From Negaprion brevirostris (Eukaryota), in contig JARDVH010000001.1 in NCBI GenBank assembly GCA_030324005.1, positions 103,665,122 to 103,729,121 on the forward strand: DNA of 64,000 nucleotides. Direction: 5' to 3'. The position numbers and the translations under genes were made by a program. Each line of letters opens with the position of its first letter. The first letter of the stretch is position 1. This document shows positions 11,545 through 23,547 of the stretch, piece by piece. The notes under the pieces are model-generated. The model saw only the letters and a list, made by a program, of their open reading frames with translations, was not told the origin of the DNA and did no database searches.

Positions 11545-14185
11545 TCTTTTTCCAGGAAGAAAACGATATGAATACAAGTTAGAGTACTGCTTGGTCACCA
11601 CAAGTTGCACAGGTGGGGAGGAAGAGTGGAAGACCAATTGTAGGGGGAGATTCAATACTTATGGGAATAAATAGGAATTTCTGTGGTCAATGATGGGACT
11701 CTAGGATAGTATATTGCCTCCCTGGGGTCAGGATCAAGGATGCCATTGACTGGTTGTGAGACATTCTTTTGGGGGAGAGTGAACAGCCAGAGATTGTGGT
11801 CCATCTTAGGACCAGTGACATAGATAAAAGGAGGGCTGAGGTCTTGAAAGCAGACTTTACGGAGCTAAGACAGAGATTGAAAAGCAGTACAGCCAGGCCG
11901 TAATCTCAGAATTACTCCCAGTATCACATGCTAATGAGTGTAGAAAGAGGAAAACTGAGCAAATTAATACATGGATGGGGAAATGGTGCAAGAGGAAGTG
12001 CTTTGGATTTCTGGGGTACTGGGACTGGTTCTGGGGTAGATGTGACTTGTAAAAGAAGGATGGGTTACACCTTAGCAGGGCCAGGACTGACTTTCTCACA
12101 GGGAGAACTGCTCATCCTGCTGGGAAAGGTTTAAACAAGCTTGTCGAGATGGTGGTTGGTGCATAATAGGTGGGAGGGAAGGGGGTGTTGGCGAAGGTGG
12201 TGGGGAAGATGTTGCAAAATGAATTCAGATAGAAAGAAAAACAAACTTGATAATGGAAGGAACAAAAGTAGTGAATAAAATGGGAAGGCAGCAGAAACAA
12301 AGGCCAGCATCAAATGGAGTCAGAATAGGGAATAATGTTAAAAAGGCAGGATTAAAGAAACTTTTATCTGAATACATACAGCATTCTCAGCAAGGTAGGT
12401 AGAAATAATGGAATAAGTAGAAGTAAATGGGTATGACCTAATTGCTTTTATATCCTGACTTCAGGATGACCAAGACTGGGGACTAAATATTCAAGGATAT
12501 TCGACATTTAGGAAGGACAGGTAAAAGGAAAAGGAGATAGTTGGGATACTGCTAATAATAAGGTATGAGTTTGGTACATTAGTGAGAGAGGACCTTCAGT
12601 TGGAAGAACAAGACATAGAATCCGTTGGATGGAGATAAGAAATAGCAAGGGGCAGCGAACATTACTAGGAGTTGTTAATAAGCCATTAAACCGCAGTGGT
12701 TAATGTAGGGCACAGTACAAATCAGGAGATTTGAGGTGCATGAAACAAGGGTAATATAGTAATGATGGGAGTCTCCAATCTACATATAGACTGGGTAAGT
12801 CTAATGAGAACTAATGCTCTGGAGAAATTCCCAGAATGTGCACAAGGTTGTTTTCTAGAGCAGTATAATGAGGAACAGATTATTTTAGATCTAGTATTAT
12901 GCAATGAGGGAGGGATAATTAATAATCTTGTTGTAAATCAACCCTTAGGAAAGAATGGCCGTAGTATAGTGGAACTTTCCATTACGTTTGAAAACACTGT
13001 AATTCAATTCGACAATACAGTCTTAACTCTAAACAAAATATANNNNNNNNNNNNNNNNNNNNNNNNNNNNNNNNNNNNNNNNNNNNNNNNNNNNNNNNNN
13101 NNNNNNNNNNNNNNNNNNNNNNNNNNNNNNNNNNNNNNNNNNAACAATACAGTCTTAACTCTAAACAAAATAAAACTATGAAAGTATGAGGGGCAAAGTT
13201 AGCTGTGGAGAATTTGGAAACAACATTAAATGGTGTGCTGGAAAATAGGTATTGGCTGCATTGTTTAAGGCAAATATACATTCCATCAAGACACAAAAAC
13301 ACAACAGGAAAAGTGAGTCAACTGTAGCTAACTGAGGAAGTTAAAATTTGTTTTGGGTCAAAGGAAGGAGCTCAAAGTTGCCATAAGGTAGTAAGTCTGA
13401 GGACCTGGAACAGTTCAGAATTCAGCAAAGGAGGACCAATAAACTGATAAAGAAAAGGAGAATAAAATATGAAAATAAATCAGCAAAAAAAAAGACTGTG
13501 AAAGTTTTCATTGATATGTAAAAAGAAAAATATTATTAAATTCAGATATGGGTCCATTACTGGCAGAGAAAGAAGTATTCATAATAGGTAACAGGGAAAT
13601 GGCAGAGAAGCTAAACAATTACTTTGTGATTATCTTCATGGAGGAAGGTACAATAAACAGTGAACCGGGAGATTCTAAGAATGAGGAACTGATGGAAGTT
13701 AGTATTAGTGAAAAAGTAGCATTAGAGAAATTAATAGCACTGAAACTTGATAATTCCATGGTACCTGATGGCCTACACCACAAAATATTTGAAGAGTTGT
13801 CTATCGAGATAATAGATGCATTGGTGATCACCTTCCCAAATTCTATAGATTCTGGAACAGTGCCTGCAGACTGAAAGGTAGCAAATGTATCCCTAGTGTC
13901 TGAGAAGTGAGAGCAAGAAAACAGGAAGCTACAAAATTGTTAGCTTGATATCAGTAGTAGGGAAAATATTAGAATCTAAATATGCGATAAGTGGACATTT
14001 AAAAAATAATTATCTGATTTTTTAAAGGAAAACCATGCTTGAAAATCCTGTTGGAATTATTTGAGCATGTTCCTAGCAGAATTGATAAGGGAAACTAGTG
14101 GATGTGGTGAATTTGGATTTTCAAATGTTTTTGTCAAGAGCCCACGTAGGAAGTTAGAAAGCAAAATTATAGCATATGGGCTTTC
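11545..14185 (+). mobile_element. CR1 LINE pseudogene: ORF1 SGNH-esterase plus ORF2 endonuclease and start of RT; 3'-truncated
   Basis: GDSILMGINRNFCGQ*WDSRIVYCLPGVRIKD (ORF1); ILDLVLCNE (endonuclease); EMAEKLNNYF, PDGLHHKIFEEL, SIDSGTVPAD and DVVNLDFQ (RT). Many stops and frameshifts. Confidence 0.92.
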
Positions 14186-14544
14186 ATGAATGGGATTTTT
14201 CTTACTATCAATTCTACACAGTCAAATCTGACTTCAGTTTTTTAAACTTTATTTCATTTCATCTCCACATAGTTCCTGAGGTCTGCCCAAGGTGGATACT
14301 GGATGAGTTGACATGTGGGAATAAAGAGCCATGATGGAAGGGGAGAGGCGGTGATGTGGTTGGAGGAATGTGGACTAAAACCTTGTAACACGACAGTGAC
14401 AAAGCCCCAGAGAATCCAGAGAGGCCTTTGTACAGCCTGTATTGGTTTGACTGTATTCCACACTCATCCCATGCATCTCCCCCACCCTAAAGTGAAGTTC
14501 ATGACATTCAGGGGCCATTTTTCCGAGATGGGAACAGCAAGTTG

Positions 14545-15650
14545 TGAATTTTCTCAACTTAAGCTACTCACAGCAGTACTGAGAAGTGTTCAGGTCTTTT
14601 TAATGGTATGTGTGCAAGTTGTTGTTGGCTCTTCATCTGGTGTCTGTTGGCTCTTGAGGTGACATTGCTTCTGTGGGGAATGTTGTTGCCATAGTGAGTA
14701 TTATTACTATGGTAATTGTCACTGCTGCTCCATTACATTTGTTGATGAATGGTTGACCTCTGGGACTCATGGTTGCTCGGTTCCTTATTCAGTTGGCAAA
14801 TTCAGACCTGCCTCATCAGCTGTCTGCTGTGAAGGAGCAGCTTCTCTAGTCGCACGTAGATGTCTGCAGTTGTGACAATAGATCTAGTCACTCACTTTCT
14901 CCATGCACAGCCAAAGTGACAACTTTTCTAAACAAATCTCGAGTTGCAAAATCAGCTGACTTGCTGAGTGCATTTAAAGGTCTGACCAGATCTCCAGCTG
15001 TCAGCTCTGGCAGTGACTTGGCAGCGAAATTTGTCACAATCCTTCACTACTTCTGGCTTCAATAGTGCTTTAGCTATTAGAAGGGTAGTCTGAGTGTAAT
15101 GTGACATTAGCCACTCAAATGGACTACTTTCCACACCTTCAGTAGATGTGTTTCTTCACTTTAAGATTGCTTTAAATGTGACTATGCTGGATCTAGCCAA
15201 TTTTTAGTGATCTTTTTAGTAATTTTCAATTTTGCCTCAGCCTTTCCATTTAACTGGATGATTTTTAATACTGAATTTCCCAATCATTCATGAAGTGCCC
15301 TTATTCTCCACTTATAAATTGAAGGCAATTTTCACTCATCACAATGTCAGGAATGCCATGATGAGCGTGCTGTGATTTCAGGTGCTCTACAATCTTATTG
15401 CTAGCCATTGACGTCAACTGGTCCAAGTTCCAGTTGACTGAATAGTAGTCATCTGTGACAAGATAATTAATACAAGCATCATCCATAGTCTGCTTAGGAT
15501 GTCAAGTAGTGACTTGCTTGGCTGATACTCATTTCATGTATTGCACGAGCTAGCTAATGTGGCCTTTAATTTCATTGCACATGTTTAGCTAGTGCAGCAC
15601 TTTGCTTGTATCCTTCAGAATAGACTCAATTCCTTGCACTAGTGTGCTTC
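14545..15650 (-). mobile_element. Gypsy LTR-retrotransposon integrase remnant
   Basis: ORF 15301-15486 YLVTDDYYS...HLKSQHAHHGIPDIVMSEN matches the rve core (D..S / F.RHGIP..+.SDNG). Confidence 0.8.
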
Positions 15651-15655
15651 GGCAT

Positions 15656-15946
15656 GGTCTGAATTTTATGCCACCCATGTGCGTACCTGGCATCCCCATG
15701 TCCTGGGAAATAGAGCATGGTGATGAGGAGAGGAGTTCCCAACATCACAATGCCGCATTGTGATATTTCACTGGTTGAATGCCAGCAGCCTGCCTCATGC
15801 AAATTAGAGCACCAATTCGGGTGAAAATGCATGCAATGTGCTGCAGTTTTAAGAGATTTGTGCATTTTCATAGTTGGTGCACAAGCTGCATGGGCAGGCA
15901 GGGAACACACAATTTGCACTTTATAAATCAAGCCTGAATTCAAGCC
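15656..15946. mobile_element. Harbinger-type MITE, decayed
   Basis: Left TIR GGTCTGAATTTT preceded by CAT; weak right end GAATTCAAGCC. Confidence 0.5.
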
Positions 15947-16451
15947 TGAAGGTGAAGCAAGAAGTCTGGATATAGGAGTAAGTCTGGACTATCTTGCTTA
16001 CCCTGTGAACCATATTGCTCATCTGTGAGTATGGAAGCTTCTTTCTAGACAGAGGCAATTCCAGACTGAACTCATCAAGTAAGTACCTCGGCAATCCAAA
16101 AGATGGATATTCATCATCAGATGAAGGGAGGAGGCCAGATGGTTAGGGTCATCTTCAACGTTTCTGCCCACAAGACCAACCAGCACACCCTGAAGGGGTT
16201 GAAGTCCAGCAAGGCTTGCAAGGGAAAAGAGGCTGATGGAGATACCATTACCCTGCTGCAAGAATATGCAGTTAGATCCAACTATCCAGACATTACTGAG
16301 ATACAGTGCAGAAGATGGATCTGCCTCTCATGGGAGACAGTGGCCAGGATATTATGGCCTTGCCATGGCCTGCCCCAGCCCTGTTGGAGCTGCGCTCATC
16401 CAGGTAATTAGAAAGCATTCCATCATATTCCTACCTTATGATTTGTAAATG

Positions 16452-16990
16452 GTGTTGGGGAGTCAGGGGCTGAGTTACTGCTTTTTGTGGATTGGACATA
16501 CCTGAGCAACTTTTCCCATTGCCAGGTAGATGTCAATGTTGTAGTTGAAAGGAACAGCTTGGCCAGGGTGCAACTAATTCTGGACCACAAGTATTTAGTA
16601 CTATTGCCAAGATGCTGTAAGGGCCCAAAGCCTTTGCACGATCCATTACCTTCAGTGTTTTTTTGATATCACGTGGAGTGAACCGAATTGACTGGAGACT
16701 GGCACCTGTAATGGTGGGAAGCTCAGGAAGAGGCCGAGATTGATCATCCACTCAACACCTCTGGCTGGAAACAGTTGGAAATGCTTCAGCCTTGTCCTTT
16801 GCACTGATGTGCTGGCCTCCCCTTCATTAAGGATTGGGATACTTACAGAGCCTCTTCTTCCTGTTAGTAGTTTAATTTTCCACCACCATTCATGACTGGA
16901 TGTTGCAGAGCTTAGATCCAATCAATTGGGTTATGAGATTGCTTAGCTCTATAAATTGTACATTGTTTGCATTTTTGGCATGCACCTGGG
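16452..16990 (-). mobile_element. CR1/L2-group LINE, internal ORF2 fragment
   Basis: LQSIRFTPRDIKKTLK..AKALGPYSILAIVLNTCGPELVAP and SSHEWWWKIKLLTG, typical of the region before the RT domain. Confidence 0.85.
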
Positions 16991-17216
16991 AGATGAAGTG
17001 AATAAAGTTTTGCAGCAGCTAGTTCTGGATAAGCATTTGTTTGCACTACTTATAAGTAATGGGTAGGTGATCAGAACAGAGGATATTTAAAAGAATGAAA
17101 CTGGTCTCTGCAAAACATGAGTTGCAAAATGACTGTTGGACTTAATTGCATGAAATGTAAATTCAAACATAAGAGAACACCATAAAAGAAATGTGTATAT
17201 TAACATAAATTAACAT

Positions 17217-17520
17217 GGGGCAGCATGGTGGCAGAGTGGTTAGTACTGCCGCTACACAGCACTGGGGACCCAAGTTAAATTTTGGTCTTGGGTGACTGTG
17301 CGGAGTTTGCACATTTTCCTTGTGTCTATGAGGGTTTCCTCCCTAATTCCAAACGTGTGTGGGTTAAGTTGATTGGCCATGCTAAGTGGCCCCTTTGTGT
17401 CAAGGGGAACAATGGTAAATATGTGGAGTTAAGGGGATAGGGCCTAGATGCGATTGTTGTCGGTGCAGACTCGATGGGCCTCTTTCTACACTGAAGGGAT
17501 TCTATGATTCTATGATTCTA
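17217..17520 (+). mobile_element. HE1-type V-SINE
   Basis: GGGGCAGCATGGTGGCAGAGTGGTTAG head; tail GGGATTCTATGATTCTATGATTCTA. Confidence 0.9.
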
Positions 17521-17779
17521 AGTAAAAAAGGAAAAAGTGTGTGATTATCAACAATGTAATGACAGAGCCTGGTAAATATGAATCTGCTCTCAAAAGGGAC
17601 AACATAGCCATCTTATACGAGCTAAGGTTTCACATAGAACAGTACTTGAATCAGTTGCATATTTTTCTATCCTTTAATGAACACCTCACATATTTGTTCT
17701 AACAAAATTGTTGGTTTGGAACATTGCACTTTCTGTTTGTCTGGTGAGGAATGGATGACAGACTTGAAATTACTTGTGA

Positions 17780-18140
17780 AGGTGGTAGTGCATTGGTATT
17801 TTTACTGGACTAGTAATCCAGAGATCCATGTTTTAGGAGCACGGGTTTGAATCCCACCATAGACTTGGAGTTCAATAAAATCTAGAATTAAAAGTCTAAT
17901 GATAACCATCGCCGGAAATCTACTGCCTCACCCACCAAGGATTGGGTGAGAGGCAGACAACAGAAATATCCGTTGAGCTCAGGTGGAAATTTCTGTTCTC
18001 GCTTGAGTGAGGCCGTAAAATCCTGCTCCATGAAATCATTGTTGTAAAAACCCATCAGGTTCATTAATGTCGTCCAGAGAAAGGAATCTGCCATTCTTAC
18101 CTGGTCTGCCCTATGAAATGGGGTAGCAAGTCACTCAGGC
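17780..18140 (+). mobile_element. MetaSINE/SlmI-like SINE interrupted by a MITE
   Basis: Head with B-box GGGTTTGAATCCC; the body resumes after 18028 with CATGAAATCATTGTTGTAAAAACCCATC. Confidence 0.8.
17910..18028. mobile_element. Harbinger-type MITE nested in a SINE
   Basis: Imperfect 24-bp TIRs (..TACTGCCTCAC / GTGAGGCCGTA..); CAT duplicated at 17907-17909 and 18029-18031. Confidence 0.75.
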
Positions 18141-18157
18141 AAGGTTAATCATCTGAC

Positions 18158-18507
18158 TAAGATGAAAGCAAAATACTGCGGAAGCTGGAATCTGAGACAA
18201 ATCTGAAGACACCTGGCAGCATCTGTGGAGAGAGAATAGAGTCAACGTTTCAAGTCTGGATGATTCTTCGCCAGGGCTGCTCTTCGTCAGAGCTCTNNNN
18301 NNNNNNNNNNNNNNNNNNNNNNNNNNNNNNNNNNNNNNNNNNNNNNNNNNNNNNNNNNNNNNNNNNNNNNNNNNNNNNNNNNNNNNNNNNNNNNNNCTTC
18401 GTCAGAGCTCTGGAGAAGAGTCATCCAGACTTGAAACGTTGGCTCTATTCGCTCTCCACAGATGCTGTCAGACCTGCTGAGATTTTCCAGCATTTTCCTG
18501 TTTGTGC
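18158..18507. mobile_element. Penelope-like-element-derived inverted-repeat insertion with hammerhead-like motifs
   Basis: Arms are reverse complements (GCAGCATCTGTGGAGAGAGAATAGAGTCAACGTTTCAAGTCTGGATGA vs TCATCCAGACTTGAAACGTTGGCTCTATTCGCTCTCCACAGATGCTG). Flanked by TTAATCATCTGAC (18145-18157) and TTAATCTTCTGAC (18508-18520). Confidence 0.8.
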
Positions 18508-21500
18508 TTAATCTTCTGACATTGTGTTACAAGTGGAACTCCTGACTGCTGGAAACATATATCAGAAATTTGGGCAGCAATGCGATTAATTTTCTGTGGA
18601 AAATCATATGCACAATACAACCAAAATTTTGATAAACATTGAAAGGCTTCCCACCAGTAACTTAAGCATTACATTCTAATTATTTTTCCAGCAAGAACTG
18701 CCCAATTATTTTTAAAAATCCAACATTAGCAGTACCTGTTTTTCCATCTATCTTTCATGGAAATAATCCAGAAACGTTGATTAAACATGTTGAAAATGTA
18801 CCTAATATGCTAATACACTCCCTAAATGGCCAAGTCTCTCTGCTGGCTGCAGTAAATTGAAAATTACCCCAATATACAAAACTGAAGAACTTAATTCAAC
18901 AACAACTTATAGATGTCTGGTCATCAAGGAGGTAAATATATCTCAAATAAAGTAACTAAGCAACCTTCAAGGGCAGATTCAAAGCTGTCAGAAGATTGTG
19001 TGGTGATGAGGCCATTGCAATAAACAAAGTGACCCAGTGGAGGGGTTAAATGCCACTAATTAGCCTTGGTAATGTAATGAGCCTTTTACTCTTTTCTATT
19101 AAAGTTTTAACATACATGGACAGATTTCACTTTCCTGTTCCTGTCTGGTTACTTTTTTTATATGTTTTGTTCCAAAGCCGCTACACCTACACACCACATA
19201 TGTGCGCAAAATAACAGCTGCTGCAGCCTTAGCAGCCAAAGGGGAACCCAGGAGGGATTTATGAGCCATGAAAAATTGTCTTTCAAAGCATCAGAACTTT
19301 CNNNNNNNNNNNNNNNNNNNNNNNNNNNNNNNNNNNNNNGCTTTTGTGGCAAAGCTCTTTCTGAGTATTTTTTTGTTCTGAAATGATTGCGCTGCTTTTT
19401 CTTGTAATCAGAATCAAACTGTGATGCAAATGATCAGAGTCCAAATGTTACAACAGAGCAAGTTATGGAGAACTTAAATGACTGTCAGGTTCCACTTTCA
19501 GAAGCATGTGTTGGTAATATTACATCGATATAAGGCGGTGGTGCTGCTTCAAGTTGTAACATTGAGACAAGGAAAAGGTTCAGATTTCAGTGCACTAAGT
19601 GATGGTATTTTCATCAGCACAGTGGGAGGACTAGTTTTACACAAAGTGGATAAATTAGGTCATTGTTTTCCTGCCATCATTTCTTCAGAATTGTCCTTAA
19701 TATTTAATGTTTAAGCATTCGATTGAATAAATATTTTTGATAAAGTATACTCACAAAACTGTAACTTTAAGTAGTGTGACAGGATCAAGACATTGCATTG
19801 TATGTTTTTATAAATATTCTCATGACTGTTTATAAAATGTTTTAAAAAGGGACAAAGATCTTATAAATGGCTAAAGTTATGCCTGCCAGTGACTGTCGAT
19901 CAAAGGAGCTGTCATGCCAGTACCCCTTATTTCCTCTGGAGATCCTAAAGACCAACCCCAATGCCACAACCCCCTCCCCACACCCCACTCCCACTGTGTA
20001 CTGCAGAAACCAAATTCAAAGAGAACTATATAAAGTCCATCTGCATTTCTAGGCTGGCCAACCAGAATCTACTAGTCTGCTAGGGCAAAGGACCCCACAT
20101 CTTTCTTTCAATTCTTAAGTGGCTGGGATATTTAATCATCTCGGGGATCCAGACAAGTTATGCACATGCCTTGTCAAAAATAATGTGGTGGGGTGGGTGT
20201 TTTGTGATCTGGACCTAGTTTGTGCAACCAGCAATAGTGCCTTGTGGAGCTGCAAAGCTCAGACCAACATTTTACCATTTTACTAGCAGCAGAGCAGAGA
20301 AGGGGCTCTGCCTGGGTTTGAATGCCTGGCCCCATCTATACTGCTTACTGCAACTTTTGTACCGTTGCCTACAAGGCAGATGCATTCCCATGTGCCTATC
20401 TCATCATGTGAAAGTCAAATCTGTACAGCATCAGTTTTCAACCTGTCATCTCTGTGAAGGAATACGTCATTGGACTTTGATTCTGGAGACTAGACACATG
20501 TGAAATAATATTTTCTCTGTGGTCTTTGCCCTGTAACTCTTCCATTTTTTAATTCACCTTTTATTGTACGTGTACAAGGGGCCATGTTGCAACACGCTTT
20601 CTGCATTTGAATGTGTGCAAGTAAACTATCCTTCTGAATTTATTTTATCTTGAGTTTGCTGTGGAGCTATTAATAGAAAATTGGATTGCACTAAAACTGC
20701 GGGTTAGGAAATATGGCACCACTTCTAAACGGTGAATCAATGAAAACACCTTTCTGTTTATGGATGGCTGTCTGAGAGGAGAAATCAGGGTGGTGTGAAT
20801 TAAGCCTTTCATGTCTGTAACAATAGCCATAACAAGTACCTTACACTTCAGAAACCAAGGGTTTGGCTGCATTCTACATTGTCAAGCTATGCACTGGAAA
20901 GCTAATGTGAAAAAGTTACATCTAGCAGAAAGAAAATAAAATGTTCTCCAAAAAAAGAGTACTTGGCCCTGTATAAAATAAAACTTCACCTTCAACCAAG
21001 GCACACCAAAACATTTTAACTGGTCATATTGTTTGTGAGCTCTTGTTCTATGAAGGATAGGAGATGTAGTAACGTGGCAGAACACAATATTCAGTGATTG
21101 AGCATGAATTTGAGAGCGCAGAGCAGCAATTGAATGCAGGTCCAAACTCGCGTTGTGTGGTGATGGAGCATGAGTCCAAGCTCGCATTGTAGCAATTGGA
21201 GATTGGTGTTTGAACACTGGCTGTTGACCCTCACATGTCAAAGAGTAAGGAAGTCTTTGTTGTTCCCCCTTGAACATAGCTTGCTTTGAATCAATAATTT
21301 CATTACTTTCACCTGCTGCGTAATTGTTGATCTTTGCAATTATTACATTGGTGATGAGGTAAATCGGGACCAAAGTCAGCAGCTCCTGAAATTGAGGAGA
21401 GAGAAAGCCTATTACATTTTTTGAAATGCCTGTTTCTGGGAAAATTGATCCTATCAACTCAGAGTCTAAACATTGTGTTCAGTATATTGAAGGACTCCAC

Positions 21501-22756
21501 TATTTCTTCACTGCTAATGGAATTACAAAAGTAAATAAACAAAAGGTCCATTTATGGTCTATAGATTTCAGTCTTATATCTTATTAAGAATTTGACATCC
21601 CCAGAATCTTGAATACTAAGGAGGTGATCTTACCAAAAAAAACTCTAAGTGCCAAATGAGAGTGAAAAAGGAAGAAAATCATGCCTTTTTTTGGGCAAGT
21701 TAAAAATTGAACCTTACCTTGCTTTGAGGAAAACATGAAGAAAGTTCTCTTTCCCATCAGCAGGGGAGGGGCTGAGCTCACTGAAAGTGGGCAGTTTGCA
21801 GCAGATGGCGCCATTGTGCATGTGCAGTTCTTTCTCGTCTGTGCAATAGCCCTGTCAGTCACTTTCCCCCCGCTACTGCTAGCCTTTGTGGACAATTGCC
21901 CACACCCCCGCTATTGCTGCCCTCTCCTGCTGATCCATCCCCCCCCCAGCCCACATGGATTGATTATAACTTTGGTAAAGGACCGTTACAACCCCAAACT
22001 GTCTATCATTATTCAGCGTTTTGCATTTAATCCTGCAGTAAGTGACCCTGGGGAGATGATTGTGACATATATGGCAAGATTAAGAAAATTGGCAGAGCCA
22101 TGTGAATTTGGACCATCGCTAAGTGACATGCTGCAAGACAGATTAGTTTGCAGCATAACTAACTTAAACATACAAATAAAGCCACTGGCAGAGGATAAGA
22201 TTTCCTTAGAGAAAGCCATGGACATAGCTCAGGCAATTGAGAGTGCGGAGAGAGGCACTCTCGAGTTATAGTGAATGCATACAGGTGAGGTGAATCATAT
22301 ATGGTGCAATCCTTCGGCAAGTCGGATGGGCAGAGTTGAGAGGGCAGAAGAAACAGAGCAAAACCTCAATGAGTAAGGCAGGGGTCTGAACAAAAAGAAA
22401 ATAGGTTAACAAACCAGAAATCCTGAAGAATTCCAGGTGAGATCACATCCGGGAAAAATGTAAAGTCTGGGATTCTATCTGTTCTGGGTGCAATTGGAGA
22501 AGCTACATCTGAATTAAGTGCCAAGTCAAACAGAATACAACTGGTTTAATCAAAAATATAAGACTTGGACTCCAGTGCATAATTTAGAAAATGATTCAAA
22601 AGAGAAACCTGAGATATTTCAATTGAATAATATCCAAAGCAGTAAATCAGATCCTTTAGTAATAGTACCCTTGGTAAACGGGCAGCCACTATATATAGAA
22701 GTGGAGACTGGTGGTTCTATTGCCATCGTAGGGGAGCAGACATTTAAATACCTTCA

Positions 22757-22845
22757 GGAACCATAAGAATTAAGAGCAGGAGTAGGCAATTTAGCTCCTT
22801 GACCTGCTCCGGCATTTAATAGGATCATGGCTGATTTCATCTTGA
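22757..22845 (-). mobile_element. CR1 3' tail inserted in the Gypsy remnant
   Basis: CATAAGAATTAAGAGCAGGAGTAGGC...ATAGGATCATGGCTGAT, the reverse complement of a CR1 3' terminus. Confidence 0.75.
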
Positions 22846-23302
22846 TCATAGGAGTTAAACCTCTAAAGTTAAGTAGTACAGCAGCTAGTTTGACCATGTA
22901 TACAGAGAAACCCTAAAAATTTTGAGAACTACAACTGTGTCAGTGACTTATCAGCACCAGTATATTCAACTACCGATTAATGTCACAAAAGGCCAGGGTC
23001 TAGTCTCATGCGATGAGATTGGTTATATCACATAGAACTAAGTTGGATAAATGCCTTCAGTATAGCCAATGGCAGTTCACATCAACATTATTAAAAATAC
23101 CCTGAAGTTTTTCAAAATGAATTAGGCAGAATTTGGGGAGTCAAGGCTAAAATTTACATGAATCTGAATGCTACCCCCACATTTTTTAGAGTTCGCTCAG
23201 TGCCTTACGTCAAAAAAATCGAGACAGAATTCACATGTTTGGAAAAATTAGGAGTCATAAGGCCACTACAGTTTTCTTAATGGGCTGTACCCATCATACC
23301 TA

Positions 23303-23547
23303 AAAGTAGTTAAAATGTGGTTAATAGTCATAAGTAGGCTTGCATTAACATTGCAATGAAGCATGGACAATGCACCTAACCCGCACATCTTTGGACTGTA
23401 GGAAGAAATCAGATTACCCGGAGGAAGCCCACGCAGACAGGGGGAGAATGTGCAAACACCACATAGACAGCGACTCAAGCTGGGAATCGAACCCGGGTTC
23501 CTGGTGCTGTGAGGCAGCAGTGCTAACCACTATGCCACTGTGCCCCC
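23303..23547 (-). mobile_element. V-SINE variant (alternative tail) inserted in the Gypsy RT
   Basis: GTGAGGCAGCAGTGCTAACCACT head, GAATCGAACCCGGG B-box and AAGTAGGCTTGCATTAACATTGCAATGAAG tail; it splits the WAVPII/PVLK motif. Confidence 0.88.

Noticed and set aside
13012-13172. Identical ACAATACAGTCTTAACTCTAAACAAAATA on both sides of a gap of about 100 N (similar cases at 18284/18397 and 54913/55032)
   Set aside because: Typical overlapping contig ends in scaffolding, not a real tandem duplication.
21735-22271. 178-aa ORF as a host gene
   Set aside because: The C-terminal half is Gypsy gag; the N-terminal half is a chance read-through of upstream sequence.
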